Shown one piece after another: positions 15,360 to 26,057 of a stretch of DNA of 64,000 nucleotides. The DNA comes from Catajapyx aquilonaris. Its lineage: Eukaryota. The stretch lies in the NCBI GenBank assembly GCA_000934665.2, contig KZ538390.1, positions 1 through 64,000 on the forward strand. The letters run 5' to 3'. Positions within the stretch are counted from its first letter, which is position 1; every line of letters starts with the position of its first letter. Position numbers and translations under genes: made by a program. The notes below the pieces were generated by a model, which saw only the letters and a program-made list of their open reading frames with translations, had not been told where the DNA came from and made no database searches.

Positions 15360-15495
15360 GGAGTACCAAATTCAAGGAGTACCTAGGAGTACCAAAGAGT
15401 AAGGTACCTAAGGTATACCGGTAAGGTATATTGGAGTACTGAAGTGTTTAACCCCTTGTTAATAGTTTTCAAACTTGCACAGTAAAGTAGAGCTC

Positions 15496-15498
<3 letters not shown>

Positions 15499-15575
<77 letters not shown>

Positions 15576-15903
15576 CCGGGTAGTGCTTGACCTCATCTGA
15601 GGTATATAGCACGGACCTTTATTTTATACTCATACATACATCGGAACCTTTATACGTAACGACCGGGCCCACGGGCAGGATGACAGGAGGGGATGTGCAA
15701 GGTGCAGTGCAATGTCTTTATTTGGCCATTTTAGTGAACTCCCCCGGGTGGTTTAGTCTGTAGGAAATACCACCCGAGACGAAGCCAGAGGTGACCCAAT
15801 GAACTCTGCACGAGATGAAGGGGGTGTCCCCGGGCTGGGATCGAACCCGGGACCTTAACATCCGTGGGAGCATACGTTACCGCAGCGCCACTCCGCCTCC
15901 CCC
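15499..15903 (-). mobile_element. tRNA-derived SINE, family A copy 2, with (TTA)n tail
   Basis: A and B boxes on the minus strand, highly similar to 6976-7393. Perfect 13-bp TSD AGTAGAGCTCATA at 15486-15498 and 15904-15916. Confidence 0.92.
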
Positions 15904-16099
15904 AGTAGAGCTCATATTTAAATTCAGTGTGCCATAATATTATTTTGTTTACAGCATGCGTCAGGCCTAATTCCCATAAGTTCTTAACGAAAGCATCATG
16001 TCCGGCCAACGGTGTCATAACGATATAACTTAAGCAAAATTATATCAGAATTAGATCACATGAGACGGCAATTGTCGCTCACTGTGATTTTTGTAAAAA

Positions 16100-16380
16100 T
16101 GCGGACGTTTATAACCTCTCCGTAGGACTGAACCTTGAATTTAAGATGATAACCAGGTTACCTTCTTCCTGTCGAACACTTCAAAAAAAACAGGAATTTA
16201 GATTCAGTGAGTAATTTCATGGCCTAGGTGAACTTGCCCAATGGGAGATGATGGACCTGACGGGAAAATGTTATATACTGTATATTGGAAATATGTACTT
16301 ATAGCTCTGAGTTGATGCCTGTAACAAAATTTAACACACATTTGACAACATGAGATAGCTTGGTTTTGATAATGACCTAC
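16100..16380 (+). repeat. Old unclassified dispersed repeat, copy 1
   Basis: Colinear similarity to about 43605-43890. The best block is TTAACACACATTTGACAACATGAGATAGCTTGGTTTTGATAATGACCT (16331-16378) versus 43841-43888. Confidence 0.7.
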
Positions 16381-19222
16381 TCAAGCGCTAATACAGAATA
16401 TGACGAAGACAATGAACACACAAAATTATGATTTTATATAAACCAAGATGTACTCTATTGGGTATCAGCTAATTTGCATTACACATTACCACATATTTTG
16501 AACTGTGCCCATTGATCTGCTTTCACCAGTTAATAATAATGATGACCACTTCATTATGATACTCCATATACTGTTAGTGAACAGTCATGTTAAGTGTGTT
16601 TGGAGAGTCATTTCATACACAGTATGTTTCAAAAATCACCTCGGGTATGTATTGGTAATAACCTCTCTCCCCCTCTTGGTTCAGGTTGACACATCCTTGC
16701 ACATCACTTGCATACAGTTCATGCATGGTTTATTTAACACTCCATTCTCCAAGACCATTGAGACAGCTGCTGGACCACTTCTGAAACATACATCTGACAC
16801 ATCTGCCATAAAAATACCCCGATAACTGACGGAGCCTGCCTCTGACTGCCATGTCAGAGGCAGGTGTATTGAACGTTTAGTCTATAGCAGTTCGACTACA
16901 TATGTTTAAATGTGCTTGGAAAGTACGCTATTTAATAAACCTTGCAATCCAAGCCATTAAATATTGCATCTCAATTTTCTTTTGCCGCCCCCTTTACCCA
17001 ATGCCTCTGCTAATCACCCCCCGTTATAGTGATTAGGTCTAACAGGATTGGAGGAACGTTTATTCTGAAATAGCTTCTGGTTCTCCCGATGCCCTGATGT
17101 CAACCATATTTCGTCTATGAGTAGACGAGACTTTATTGAAATTTTATCGTTTTTGCTCTTGAACTTATTCGTAACCATGTTCGGCACGCTTCACTGGCTT
17201 GCTTTCATATGACTGAACTTGGTAATTGGTGCTCCATACAGCCAGCTAGTAAAAATATGAAACATTTCCAGGCTCAAAATCGTACAGTTTTACAAATGTT
17301 TCAGGAACAATATTATTACAGTATTAGATGTAATATAAATACAAAGTTGATGATAAATTCACATAAAAAATTATGTAAATTTATATCATTTTCATGTAGA
17401 ATTTACAATCAACTTTTCAATTACCTTATATTTATTCAAAAGGTGGATTCGTTAAGAAATAATTGCAGTGCAGGTCCATAGTTAGAGTTATACATTTAAT
17501 ATTACACCACATCATTAACATAAAATTATGGAATTGGCTCTATTTATGATGTTTTATTAAGCTGACTTTTTACAAAAAAAAGACTGACAATTTGAGTCGT
17601 TCAGTGTATGAAAATGGCCCAAGTTTGCTCCTGTGAACTTTACAGAAAGGAAAAAATATATAGTTCATTCTAAACTGATGAAACAAGTTTATTTCAGCAT
17701 TACCATTTATGCCTTCAGATCTGGCCACCCGTCACCAGGTGTTTCCTTCGTAAACAGAATCTTTACAAACCAATACCTCCAAAAACGTTAACTTGGATCG
17801 TTTCCTCTTTTGCCGACGCATTTGTTATTAAGAGAAAATCTGTCGCTTTCTCGTATGCATTTTGTGCAAAATTTAAGGCAGTGTACTTCGATTTCCTCTA
17901 TATGATAATTTTGGTGTAATAATATTTCCCAACATTTTTGTTGTTAACATACTGCTTCCTATGCCTTGTGTTTCCGTTTCACCTGGTGTGACAGTGTTTC
18001 AGACTCTCAGGCAAGGTACACGGCATTAGAAACACTGTACATGTATCCCAAGATAAATTAACCAGCCACCTATATCATTCTGACTCGCTAGATCTGCGCT
18101 AACCCTGTAGATTTGGCAAGGGAGAGGTTAACTACTGTATGACCTACTAAATACTGTGCATGAAAATGCATCACCCGAATACCCTTCGCTTTGTACCTCT
18201 GCTGTATAGAGGCGCAGTATTGACAATGTGAGTGGAAATAAACTTGCAGATGACCCCAAAGTTTTCGGGATGTATTGATACAGGTGGAGGTTAATTACGG
18301 GGCACAGAATTTCAGAGTATGTGGCATTGCAATTATACATAATTTATGATATCAGAGCATTACAGGTACAAATTTACAATACTCGCAGAAACACCACCTA
18401 GAGTCCTAGATAACGGATGTGTAAAAGCACAAAAATTATTTAAGATAAGGAAGGCTACTGATATTACTCTGCGGGAAGAAATTATAGAGTTAAATAGCGG
18501 CTTATGGCGCTACATACGCAAGGGCATTCTCAAGACTGAATGGTGGGACTTTCGTAGCTTGTTTAGAACGATATTCATATTAGCGGACTTTAATTAACTT
18601 AATTGCTTTGTTTACATGGTGGCCAATTACTTCCGCATGACCTACTGTAGAACCAATATGCTCTAAATCGCATTTGTCTGAGGAAAGTCATTAAGGTGTG
18701 TCTAGGCAATTAAATGAACCAGCCCATAAGAATAATGGAAAATATCCTCTTTGTCATGAAACTCTCCAATATCCGTATCGTAGTCGATTGGTCTAACGTA
18801 CAGGATATTCTCTCTAAAACATGTTGATGTCATCGAAACCTAATTTCCGCCTCAAGCCTTCATGAAGCCTCCCAGCGAACAATTCTGTGTAGCATATTGG
18901 TCTTCGGGTAGGTCTCATGTGCCCATTATACGAAGTTTCTGACCACTATGAGTAGAATACAGGGGGTGTCTGAATTCTGCCGAAAAACTATAGTGAATTC
19001 CTTTATCTAGTGGTGTTATTTAATCGGAACCTCCTCGTTATTGAGATAATCATGAATTTGAAACTCAGCTGTGTTGATGCAATTCATTGTGACCACAGAT
19101 TCTGCTAGCCTTGTCTAGTGTGGCGCACATTCTTCTGGCGCCTGCGAATTATACCCCACTTGTGACAAGGGTGTGGTTGCATAACAGGTCAGGATGAAGC
19201 TACATTACTGCTACGTTACAAG

Positions 19223-19333
19223 CAGGGATGGAAAAAGAACCGCTTCTTTGGGCGGTAAGCGGTTCTTTTTCTATCCCTGCACATGGAAAAAAGAAGCGCT
19301 TCTTGGAAGGAAGCGGTACTTTTTCCATCCCTG
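19223..19333. mobile_element. Ultra-short hAT-type MITE (tandem double hairpin)
   Basis: Termini CAGGGATGGAAAAAG...CTTTTTCCATCCCTG resemble the Ac/Ds TIR CAGGGATGAAA. A perfect 8-bp TSD GTTACAAG is at 19215-19222 and 19334-19341; 8-bp TSDs are typical of hAT. Confidence 0.85.
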
Positions 19334-22300
19334 GTTACAAGGCATTTATATGGACCACTTGTGGCATATTTTAAAAATAATGGCTTTCAATTTTTCTCAC
19401 ATGTAATCTATTTGCAGTTTTGATGGAATTAAAACAGACAGGAATATCACGTTTTAAGGATATGAGTAATTCTCCGAACACCTAGACGTGTTATGGGAAG
19501 CTCCAAGGGAAACTCCCATTATTTTTCAATATTATTTTACTTTGCACCATTTCAACCCGGCAGGAATTTTCGCAAGAACTGTTCGCCATTTAAAACCACG
19601 CGTAATTGACAAAATAACCACGCAGAGGTTTAGTGTCATACCTATTGACCGCAAATTTGCCATAAAAAATTTGTCATGGCTTACCATGCTGACAAAGAAA
19701 TATCATACATCTCCGCCGGAGTGGCTGAAATGAGTTTTGTCTTCCTTCCCGGTTCTATACAAATATAGGTACAGTGGTGTAATAACATGGTACAAAGGGA
19801 TAGACAGTTCGAGCATACCATGGAAACAATAAGCTTTTGTGTTTCACGGTCCGAGTAAAAAGGACACTGTCCCATTCCTCCTGCGTGCCACTTCTTCCCA
19901 CCCTCCCTTACAATCCATATATCTATGGAACTTACTCCTTCGTATCCCCATTGCATACTTAGCTAAACATTTTGCCATAATGTAAAATATATAAAAAATC
20001 ATTCCATAAAATGTATCCTTCAGCGACTATTGTACTGGTAATATCATGGCAAATCTGTAATATTATCATTTTTAATGATTTGAGTAAAAATGAAATCTGA
20101 AAAATGGAGATAATGACATTTACTTCTAAAATTCTAGATCTACCGATACGAAAAAAACTGAATTCATAATTATATGTTTGCTTGATATCATTAGCAACAA
20201 CCTCTACGAGTGATATTGAAAAATCAGCCCTTGGCCTCTTTCTTCCTAGAATTCACTCTTTCAGTAATTGCTAGAGTTTCCTTTAATTAGATTAACTGTG
20301 GGTGCTAGTTTGAACTTGATCGCCTTTGCACAGTTACCTGATTCTATCTTGATTTAAAGCTTGCAACGTAATTAATCATTAAATCAAATTAATGATGAAT
20401 TATGATTACATTCAATTTCTATAACAATGCAATTAATATATTTATATGAATTATGTAACTATTACAATGCATGCAGATAAGGTTTCGAAACTCAATAATC
20501 TATATCCTACACATCATTTCACGCTTGTGATAGACCATAGCCTGCATAATACAGGATAACGTTAATATTATTATCTGTCGGCAATTACACACAAAGCAAA
20601 ATTTCTACCTTTAATTTTTTATCTTCACAAGGGAAATTATACCAATATATACGATGGTATTATGACGGTCAATTACGCAAATAAAAATGATAATTATGTT
20701 ACTATTATTCAACCTTCAATTGCATATCTGTAATACTCTTGTGATACTTTCCTTGTGGGTGTCCTCCTTTCGCGCCGGTTGAGGCTAATAAATGATACCC
20801 AAAACAAAATTCGCTCATGGATAACTCACACAACAATCACTGTATTAATGATTTCTCACATGGTTGTATAAAACGCTTGGCCTGAGCCCGCAGGATAACT
20901 GCTCCTGCGCCCCTCCTCAACCGACTGCCTTCTCCAACGATAGCCTCACATATTTATCGACTCTCTTAGTCCAATGTGGCCAACAAAAAATAATCAAATA
21001 CAACAGAATACAAAACCCTGTACACACATCATGTTACAATATTGATATTCGCTGGATAATGAAGCATAAAATAAATCACTTTATTGCTAGCATTACAATA
21101 CAAGAAATGTGACTAAAATATCTTACAAAACCTACATTTTGTGGCAGGTCTCCAGAAATATCTCATGCTAAATTTTTAGGTTGGTTAGAGATGCTTTAAG
21201 TGCTACGAGTTTCATAAAATATTTTCTAAATCTGACTCCATTATCCCCTGCTCATATTTCATTAATTATTCCGCTGACAGGAGCCGATGTAATAAGCTAC
21301 TCATTAGCGCTCGCTCTTTAGCATAACGTTCTTCCGACTCCTGAATAGCCAATAGCCAACATTTGCAGAATACACGCATGGTATGCACCTTTTAAAATGC
21401 TTATGTATTATTTTTAAATGCATCGAATTGTTCAGATTTGACATTAAAAGAAGTTGAACACCTTCGATAGGGAATGGAATAAAACAGCAAATGTAGATGC
21501 GAATTAAGACCGTTGCATATATTATAGACCTCTATTCTTGTGACCAAATATTTAAGGACGTAGCACGAAATATGACCGAGTTAATATTTTTTTGTGTCGG
21601 GCACATTTTCTCTCCGTCAAGAGGTCACATTGCCAAGGCACGCAATTTAGGATACATATAGTGCACAAGAATCATTCGCAAAGTAGTATAAGCACCGTTT
21701 TCCACCAGCAGTGCTAGAGCGGTGAGGTCTTCATTGTCTGAGCGAGAACTAGCATGATGTACTTTGTGGATAACGAAACTCTGTACTTCAAAGGAAAGAA
21801 GTAAGTTTAGAATTCAGGATAGAACTTACATCTCTGGTCTCACAATCCACCCAGCTTAACTAATTTGTATGATATCTCGGGATATCTCAAAACCAGGCGG
21901 GGTTGTCTGTTGTCATATGATGTACGTATAAGATAATTTCTGACCAGGACATTATCATATGCATCACACGACAACATACTCCTCTCGGTTTTTTAGATTC
22001 TCTGATATTTCTTTTGGAATGGGTGTTTGATGCGATTCAGACACACCCTGGTGGAAAAATAATATTGCTAATCCTCTTTATAGGATTAAGGTTTCTTGCA
22101 ATTTCTATAAAGTAAATACTCTAGTAATCTATAGCAATTTTGTCCTAGAAATTTGCAATGGATCTGAAAGCGAGGAGAGATTTGCACCTTTCCATTTTCC
22201 TATATGCAGTATTTTAAAACTGTTTTGTCCGCGGTGTTAATCGCTTAGGCGCTCCCGAGTACACTTTGGTTGGCTCTCCGGTGGCGCTCCGAGGTGTTCC

Positions 22301-24088
22301 GGGCATTAGGCGCTCCAGGGTATACTTTTCCCATGAGCGACTAACCCCTCGGTTTTGTCAAGTCTGACTAGATCCGAGCCGACTGATGACCCATGGTGTA
22401 GTTTATTTGCTGTCGTTCTTATACAGTGCATTTCATCCGATCTCCGTAGAAAATTGTTTAGAATTTGCCACGACATGCGGATCTTCATGTGTGCGCAATT
22501 AGTATTTTACTGCACGTTTATATGCATGAAAAGTTTAAATTGACATAGTGTAGAGGCTAGACAGTTTCTCTTTTCCACTGACTTCCCCTTTCTACCCTTA
22601 TGTCACGCACAGTCACGCATTGTCACTCGTCTCTTCCGCTCCAACTATCGTTTGTAACCCATCATTAGCCTCTAAATGATCAGATCCTAACTTTCTATTT
22701 TCTCCTTCGATCGATGAAACACATATCCCCAAGTCACATACCGGAAAGACAAGTGCATTGTTAAAAACATGTGTCAACATTAAGTAAACCCGTGGCTGCT
22801 TAAATATCCTCAAAATTGTCAATCTATCTACCTCTCCGGGGCACTACTCTGGAGATAATTTCATAAATGCAAGGTGGACCGGAAAAATGCTCGGAATGGG
22901 CCGTTGCGTTAGTGCGAAGTCAGCACCCGCGCCTTGCTTCCTGATAAGAAAAATTCATCCTGGGCATCCAGGTTGTGAAGTTGCAAGCATACGTCCCAAG
23001 AGAATCCGGGTTCCCTTCTCCGTGCTCTCGGTTTCCCCCAAAAACGAGCGTCCGGAACCCCCCCGGAGAAGAGAAAAGGGGCCAAACGGCGCTTGAATGG
23101 CGCCGGGGAACTGGACGCCGCCAATATTTCCCCCGGTCCACCCGGAACGAGGCTGGACTCCCCGGACATTGCCAGCCCGCAATCGTGTCCGGGGTCAAAC
23201 AGAAAGGAGATAACGCAACAGTCCGGCTCCGTTGATTTTAACCACCCAAAGTACACGGTGGTCGAGTTCGTTTTCCAAACTTTCCAGCCTGCTGCTGCTG
23301 CTGCTGCGTGTTGCGCACTTAAGAAAAGGAGAGAATAAGCGCTTGGGAGTCGACTCAAACTCGCGGCTTCTACTTCGTCTCCTGCTCTCCAACTGACGAA
23401 AATGTGCTGGCTGGGAATTACGGAGCAGACTGGAATGGTTCTCCGGACGGAGAGAACTGTTGCAATTCTCAAGCTTATGCTTGCCAACTCCCACTACGCC
23501 TAAAACTAAGTGCAAGCCGACAAAGGATGCATTGCAGCATAACAATTCTGGTAAAAATGTGCAAACTTGTGCCACCCTCCTAATGTGAAAAGTTCTCCCC
23601 AAAGAATCCATCTCGCTGATTTATGGGGCTAAAATAAGTAGGGCACCGTTTAATGTGCGACGAAAAATGATGTCCACCATCGCCTCGGTGGGAGGCTTGG
23701 AAACAGAAAATCTCGCGCGATGTCGCCGCCATGTGTATCTACAAGTAATTTATAAGAGGCCCTCCACCGTGTAATATTGCGCGTAATTTGATGCACTAAT
23801 TCACACTAGTGTCAAATTGCTCAATTACACAAACAATCCAGCGGATGTCCGGGCAATCGACCCCATTTCCCCCTATGTCCGGTGTTGGGTAAACGGCCTC
23901 GCCAATGTGGTTGAACGCCATTGCCACTGATACGGTCACTAAGCTCAGAATTCATAGTGTTTTGTACCAGCACTTCTTTTTTTTTTTTTTGGGGGGGGGG
24001 GGGTATACCTGCGTATACCTATGTAAAAATGGAGCTTGCATGTTTGACCGTCTGTAATGCGTATGTCCTTTCGATTGATTCGTTTCAG

Positions 24089-24326
24089 GTGAGCCGGAAC
24101 CATATCAGGGAGTTCCCCGTGGTGATCGACCCAGACTTCATGGAGACGTCCCGCCTAGGCCTCGAGTTCGACACGGACGGCAGCAGCTTCCAAGGAGGAA
24201 AACTGTCCGTGAAATGCCTGGCGCGCATATTTTCACTGTACAGGAAGATAACTGAGGTGGCCATAAACGAGGAAAAACCCAGATTAGCCTCCGTTCTGGG
24301 CACAAGGGAATCGCCTAAGGGCAGAG
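24089..24326 (+). CDS. beat: Beat-family protein, internal coding exon (C-terminal half of Ig2 and linker)
   Basis: A TTTCAG acceptor ends at 24088, phase 0, compatible with the previous exon. It encodes VSRNHIREFPVVIDPDFMETSRLGLEFDTDGSSFQGGKLSVKCLARIFSLYRKITEVAINEEKPRLASVLGTRESPKGR, supplying the second Ig cysteine (FxxGxLxxxCxA). Donor G|GTATTA at 24327 (phase 1). Confidence 0.85.
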
Positions 24327-25440
24327 GTATTATCCCACCCCTACCACCACCCCACCCACCTGTAATGACTACGAATGAAGCGCGAAGGAAAAGGAGCGGA
24401 AGAAAAGAGAAAAAAAAGCACTGGAGTCACATCTCACCCTTTACAACTCCCGAAGGTCTCGGAAAGGAGGGCAGATATTCACAGTTGCCGCTTTTTCTCC
24501 GGGCTGAAATAAAAACCCGGACTTCCCAGAGCCGTCGGGGAGTCTTTGTGTTCGCACCGTTGAAGCCGCGTCGCTTCATTTCCTTCACTTCTTTTTCGGT
24601 TCCCCGAGGCAAATCGCCCGCTGGCTAATTCGCCCCCAGCGGATACAAAGGACCAAAAAAACGACTTCTAGTGTCCTTCGCTTATGCATATTAAGCTGTG
24701 ACTTGGCTCCCCTCAATGCCGACGGTCAAGGGGGAGGAGGATGTGCCGCTAGAAAACAAAGTAGCTCTCGACAAGCGTAGGGATAGTACGTTGACCTCCG
24801 ACCAGATTATACCAAGAAGCGGCCACCCTACTCAAAATTGCAAATTCTATCCTACTTGAATCAAGTTTGTTCGTGCCCTTTGGCCTGTGATGGCAAATCG
24901 TGATCATAGGCAACCGAAAAATTAATAAGCTACAGGAGACCAGGATTACGTTTTGAATTTTGAAGGTGTCAGTTTAATGCTGCTTAAATACTGCATGAGA
25001 AGTACTAAATGTTTCATTTTTTTTAAAGCTGAGAGGCTGCTTCCAGATACCGGTGCCTGTAGCAGGTGTAGTATTCCAGAGGACGTTACTCCGCGCAAAG
25101 CTTATTAAGTCACGGTTTATGATATCACTGATGCACCAACCTACAATGTAACGTAATATGCCTGCATGATGAAAAAAGCAGCCTAACCACAGAACGCTTC
25201 TTGGGAACATAAAAGGGGTGCACCGGCGGCCTAAAATTCGATGGAAACAGACTTTGTGCACACGGTTGCCTCCAAGAGTAACTATGCTCCACCAACATAT
25301 GGTATTGGCATTCGATTATTGATCTCGCTTTTTCACTGGGGGGGGGGGGGNGGGGGGGTCCCGAAACAAACGCTTCCGACGTTTTTCTTTTCGCCAAAAA
25401 GAAAATGTACATTGGGGGCCTCCCATGCTCTTTCTTGCAG

Positions 25441-25520
25441 GCCGAGCAGCTGGAGGCCTCGTAGCACCGGCTCAGCTTCTCCTGACGGGCCTCTGCTTGC
25501 TCATCTTAGTAGGCAGATAG
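25441..25520 (+). CDS. beat: Beat-family protein, terminal coding exon (hydrophobic GPI-signal-like tail)
   Basis: A CTCTTTCTTGCAG acceptor ends at 25440. In phase 1 it reads (G)RAAGGLVAPAQLLLTGLCLLILVGR-stop (TAG 25518-25520): a small-residue spacer followed by a terminal hydrophobic stretch. This frame is not in the ORF track. Confidence 0.75.
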
Positions 25521-26051
25521 CTAAAAGTGGCACATGGTACTGCCCGGATCTCAAGCGGAAAAAACTGACATGGGACTTGAGGCACAGGTGCGACCTGCTG
25601 AGAGGCCGCAGACGCCATTGTGATTCGAGGGACGCCTCGTGAGATGTCTCTGCTGTCGCTTCCCGTCGCTTCCAATTGCATGGGATTTTGTGCTACACCG
25701 GAGGAGTCTATAAGTGTTTGAATAGACGCCTAATAGTGGCGCGAGTGAAACATGTGCGTGGAACTATGTATCCGTTTTTTCTCAGATGCGAGGGCTTACA
25801 TGAGAGATAACCACTTCAAACATGCCGAAAATTAAGTGGCTCAGAAGCAGAGCGGGTTCATGTCGACAGCGAGAGGAGCAATCCTACCATATATTGCCCA
25901 TGCTTCACACTGTAGCATAACATGGCAAAGTGGTCTAGGTGTTGCTCCTCGCAGATTCTACATGATGTGAAATTTTCAGTGTCATATGTCAAGAGTGATG
26001 ATGCGGTTATCGCTCTTTTGAAGATTTCAGTTCAGGCTTTCTGCATAAATG

Positions 26052-26057
26052 AATAAA
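26052..26057 (+). terminator. Candidate polyadenylation signal of the beat gene (a second AATAAA is at 26249-26254)
   Basis: AATAAA hexamers about 530 and 730 nt after the stop codon, with T/GT-rich sequence downstream of the first. Confidence 0.35.

Noticed and set aside
15361..15440. CRISPR-like short repeat array
   Set aside because: The units are 6-8 nt and irregular with no spacers, the context is eukaryotic, and there are no cas genes.
22887..23611. Cluster of overlapping ORFs in a GC-rich intronic block
   Set aside because: ORFs occur on both strands with no recognisable domain or convincing splice sites, which stop-codon scarcity in GC-rich DNA explains.
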